A stretch of 60,868 nt of DNA, counting the filler, from Schmidtea polychroa (taxonomy: Eukaryota), in assembly GCA_044892525.1 (NCBI GenBank). It is 3 parts of 3 records of this genome, joined end to end, with 100 filler letters (N's around TTAATTAATTAA, not from the genome) between each part and the next. Parts side by side here need not be neighbours in the genome. Positions count along the whole stretch, not along the records: positions 40,675 to 60,868 come from CM097886.1; 2 more parts are not named here. One strand, written 5' to 3'. Both the position numbers and the translations under genes were made by a program. Positions 59,641 to 60,868 of the stretch are shown piece after piece. Position 1 is the stretch's first letter. Each line of letters starts with the position of its first letter. The notes under the pieces are model-generated. The model ran no database searches and had not been told where the DNA came from. It saw nothing but the letters and a program-made list of their open reading frames with translations.

Positions 59641-60868
59641 TTTGGTTTTAAATATAAATTTTATTGAAACATAAAACGTCTTTTGATATTAAATTCATAA
59701 TAAACATTAAAAATATCATACTAAAATTCAAAACATAATTTACCAAAATTCTCCGAAGGTGTTAGGATTGAAATCAAAGTCTTGTAAATTTTTCCTTAGT
59801 TAGCCTGGTTCTTCTCAACTGGATTCGATCTCGACTATTATCTGCCTCTAAGTAATATCTGTTATGTCCAAGTATGAATATTGTTCGTAAGTCTGTGCTC
59901 GTGAGTGGTTCCTAGCTTAGTCCTGTAGAGTTTCGGGTTAGAATGATAATTTTAAATAAATTTTACCTGTAGAGTTTCGGGTTAGAATGATACTCTACAG
60001 AGTTTTGTTGCTCTTTATATATATTTTTCCGTCCAATCAGGACACACCTTGCTTGTAATTTTGTTATTTATTATTATTTTATGTTTTTTCTTATCGTAGT
60101 ATATTATATTTTAATGACCCTACCTATTTCTATTATTGTTTTATTTATTTTCCTATTTTTTATTATTTTTCTCCTATTTTTCTGTGGTTTTATTGCTATT
60201 TTATTGTAACTTCATTTTTTGTTTTAATTAACCTTATGGATGATTTTATTTTTATTTTGTTTTCCTTTAGTTTTCGTTTGTTTTTCTTAAATTTTGTGCC
60301 ATTTTATTTCTCTTTTACTGTTGTGCTCATTGGGTGCCTTCCCTTTTGTCTTATTTCCCCTTTACAGGTTTTGTTATTTTATTTAGTTATTCTTGTTTCT
60401 TTATGGATGTTTAATTTGTTTCTTCCTATGTTTCTCGTAATTTTTATATGTTTTTATTTTATTTACTCTATCTCTTCCTGGGTTCGTTTTTCCAACACCT
60501 TCAGAGCTTGGCCCAACAAAAAGTAGTTTGTAGGTGTAGTCTTTTGGGTGTTAAAATTACCAGAATTTGTAACAAAAATACTAAAAGCAGACAAACAAAG
60601 GTAAATTAAATAAGAAACATTAGAAAAATGAGTACAGAAAGGAGAAAACAATTGTGCGGTAGCGAGGGAAATGCGAATAGTGAAAATGCTGACCGGAAGA
60701 CTGTAAAAGTAAAAGATTTTACCCACACGTAACCATCAGTAAATAACAAAATAAAGACTCTGTCAATTTGAAATTATTATATGTGTAGTCCTTTAGTCAT
60801 ATTGCTGGGTTAAAAACCAAGGACAGTTTTATATCCTGTAACCTTTCTTGTTCCCACCGAAAGGCCAC

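Noticed and set aside
59921-59992. 27-bp direct repeat CCTGTAGAGTTTCGGGTTAGAATGATA, two copies
   Set aside because: A simple local duplication with no further structure.

Overview
Eukaryotic (metazoan) genomic DNA. The window is three separate scaffolds joined by two artificial 100-bp spacers (N44-TTAATTAATTAA-N44, at 24151-24250 and 40575-40674), so adjacency across the spacers means nothing. Scaffold A (1-24150) holds the PHD-finger-rich N-terminal part of a KMT2C/KMT2D (MLL3/4, Lpt-like) gene on +. Most of its introns are 44-57 bp. One intron is 17,157 bp and is almost entirely a ~72-bp tandem array, and a second intron carries a 31/32-bp array. Scaffold B (24251-40574, very AT-rich) starts with the last exon of a probable MED23. 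It also holds three co-oriented two-exon paralogues encoding secreted, Lys-rich proteins that resemble the Der p 7/group-7-allergen (TULIP fold) family, set among piggyBac, Chapaev, hAT and Bel/Pao remnants. Scaffold C (40675-60868) holds a near-complete but strongly diverged PP2A scaffold (A/PR65) subunit gene on -. Its large introns contain MITEs, a Helitron and a hAT element nested in a Penelope-like element. Upstream of it is an orphan 254-aa ORF in a GC-richer island. I found no rRNA, tRNA or CRISPR array, and I cannot identify the organism. All homology calls are by-eye comparisons with remembered reference sequences, not database searches.
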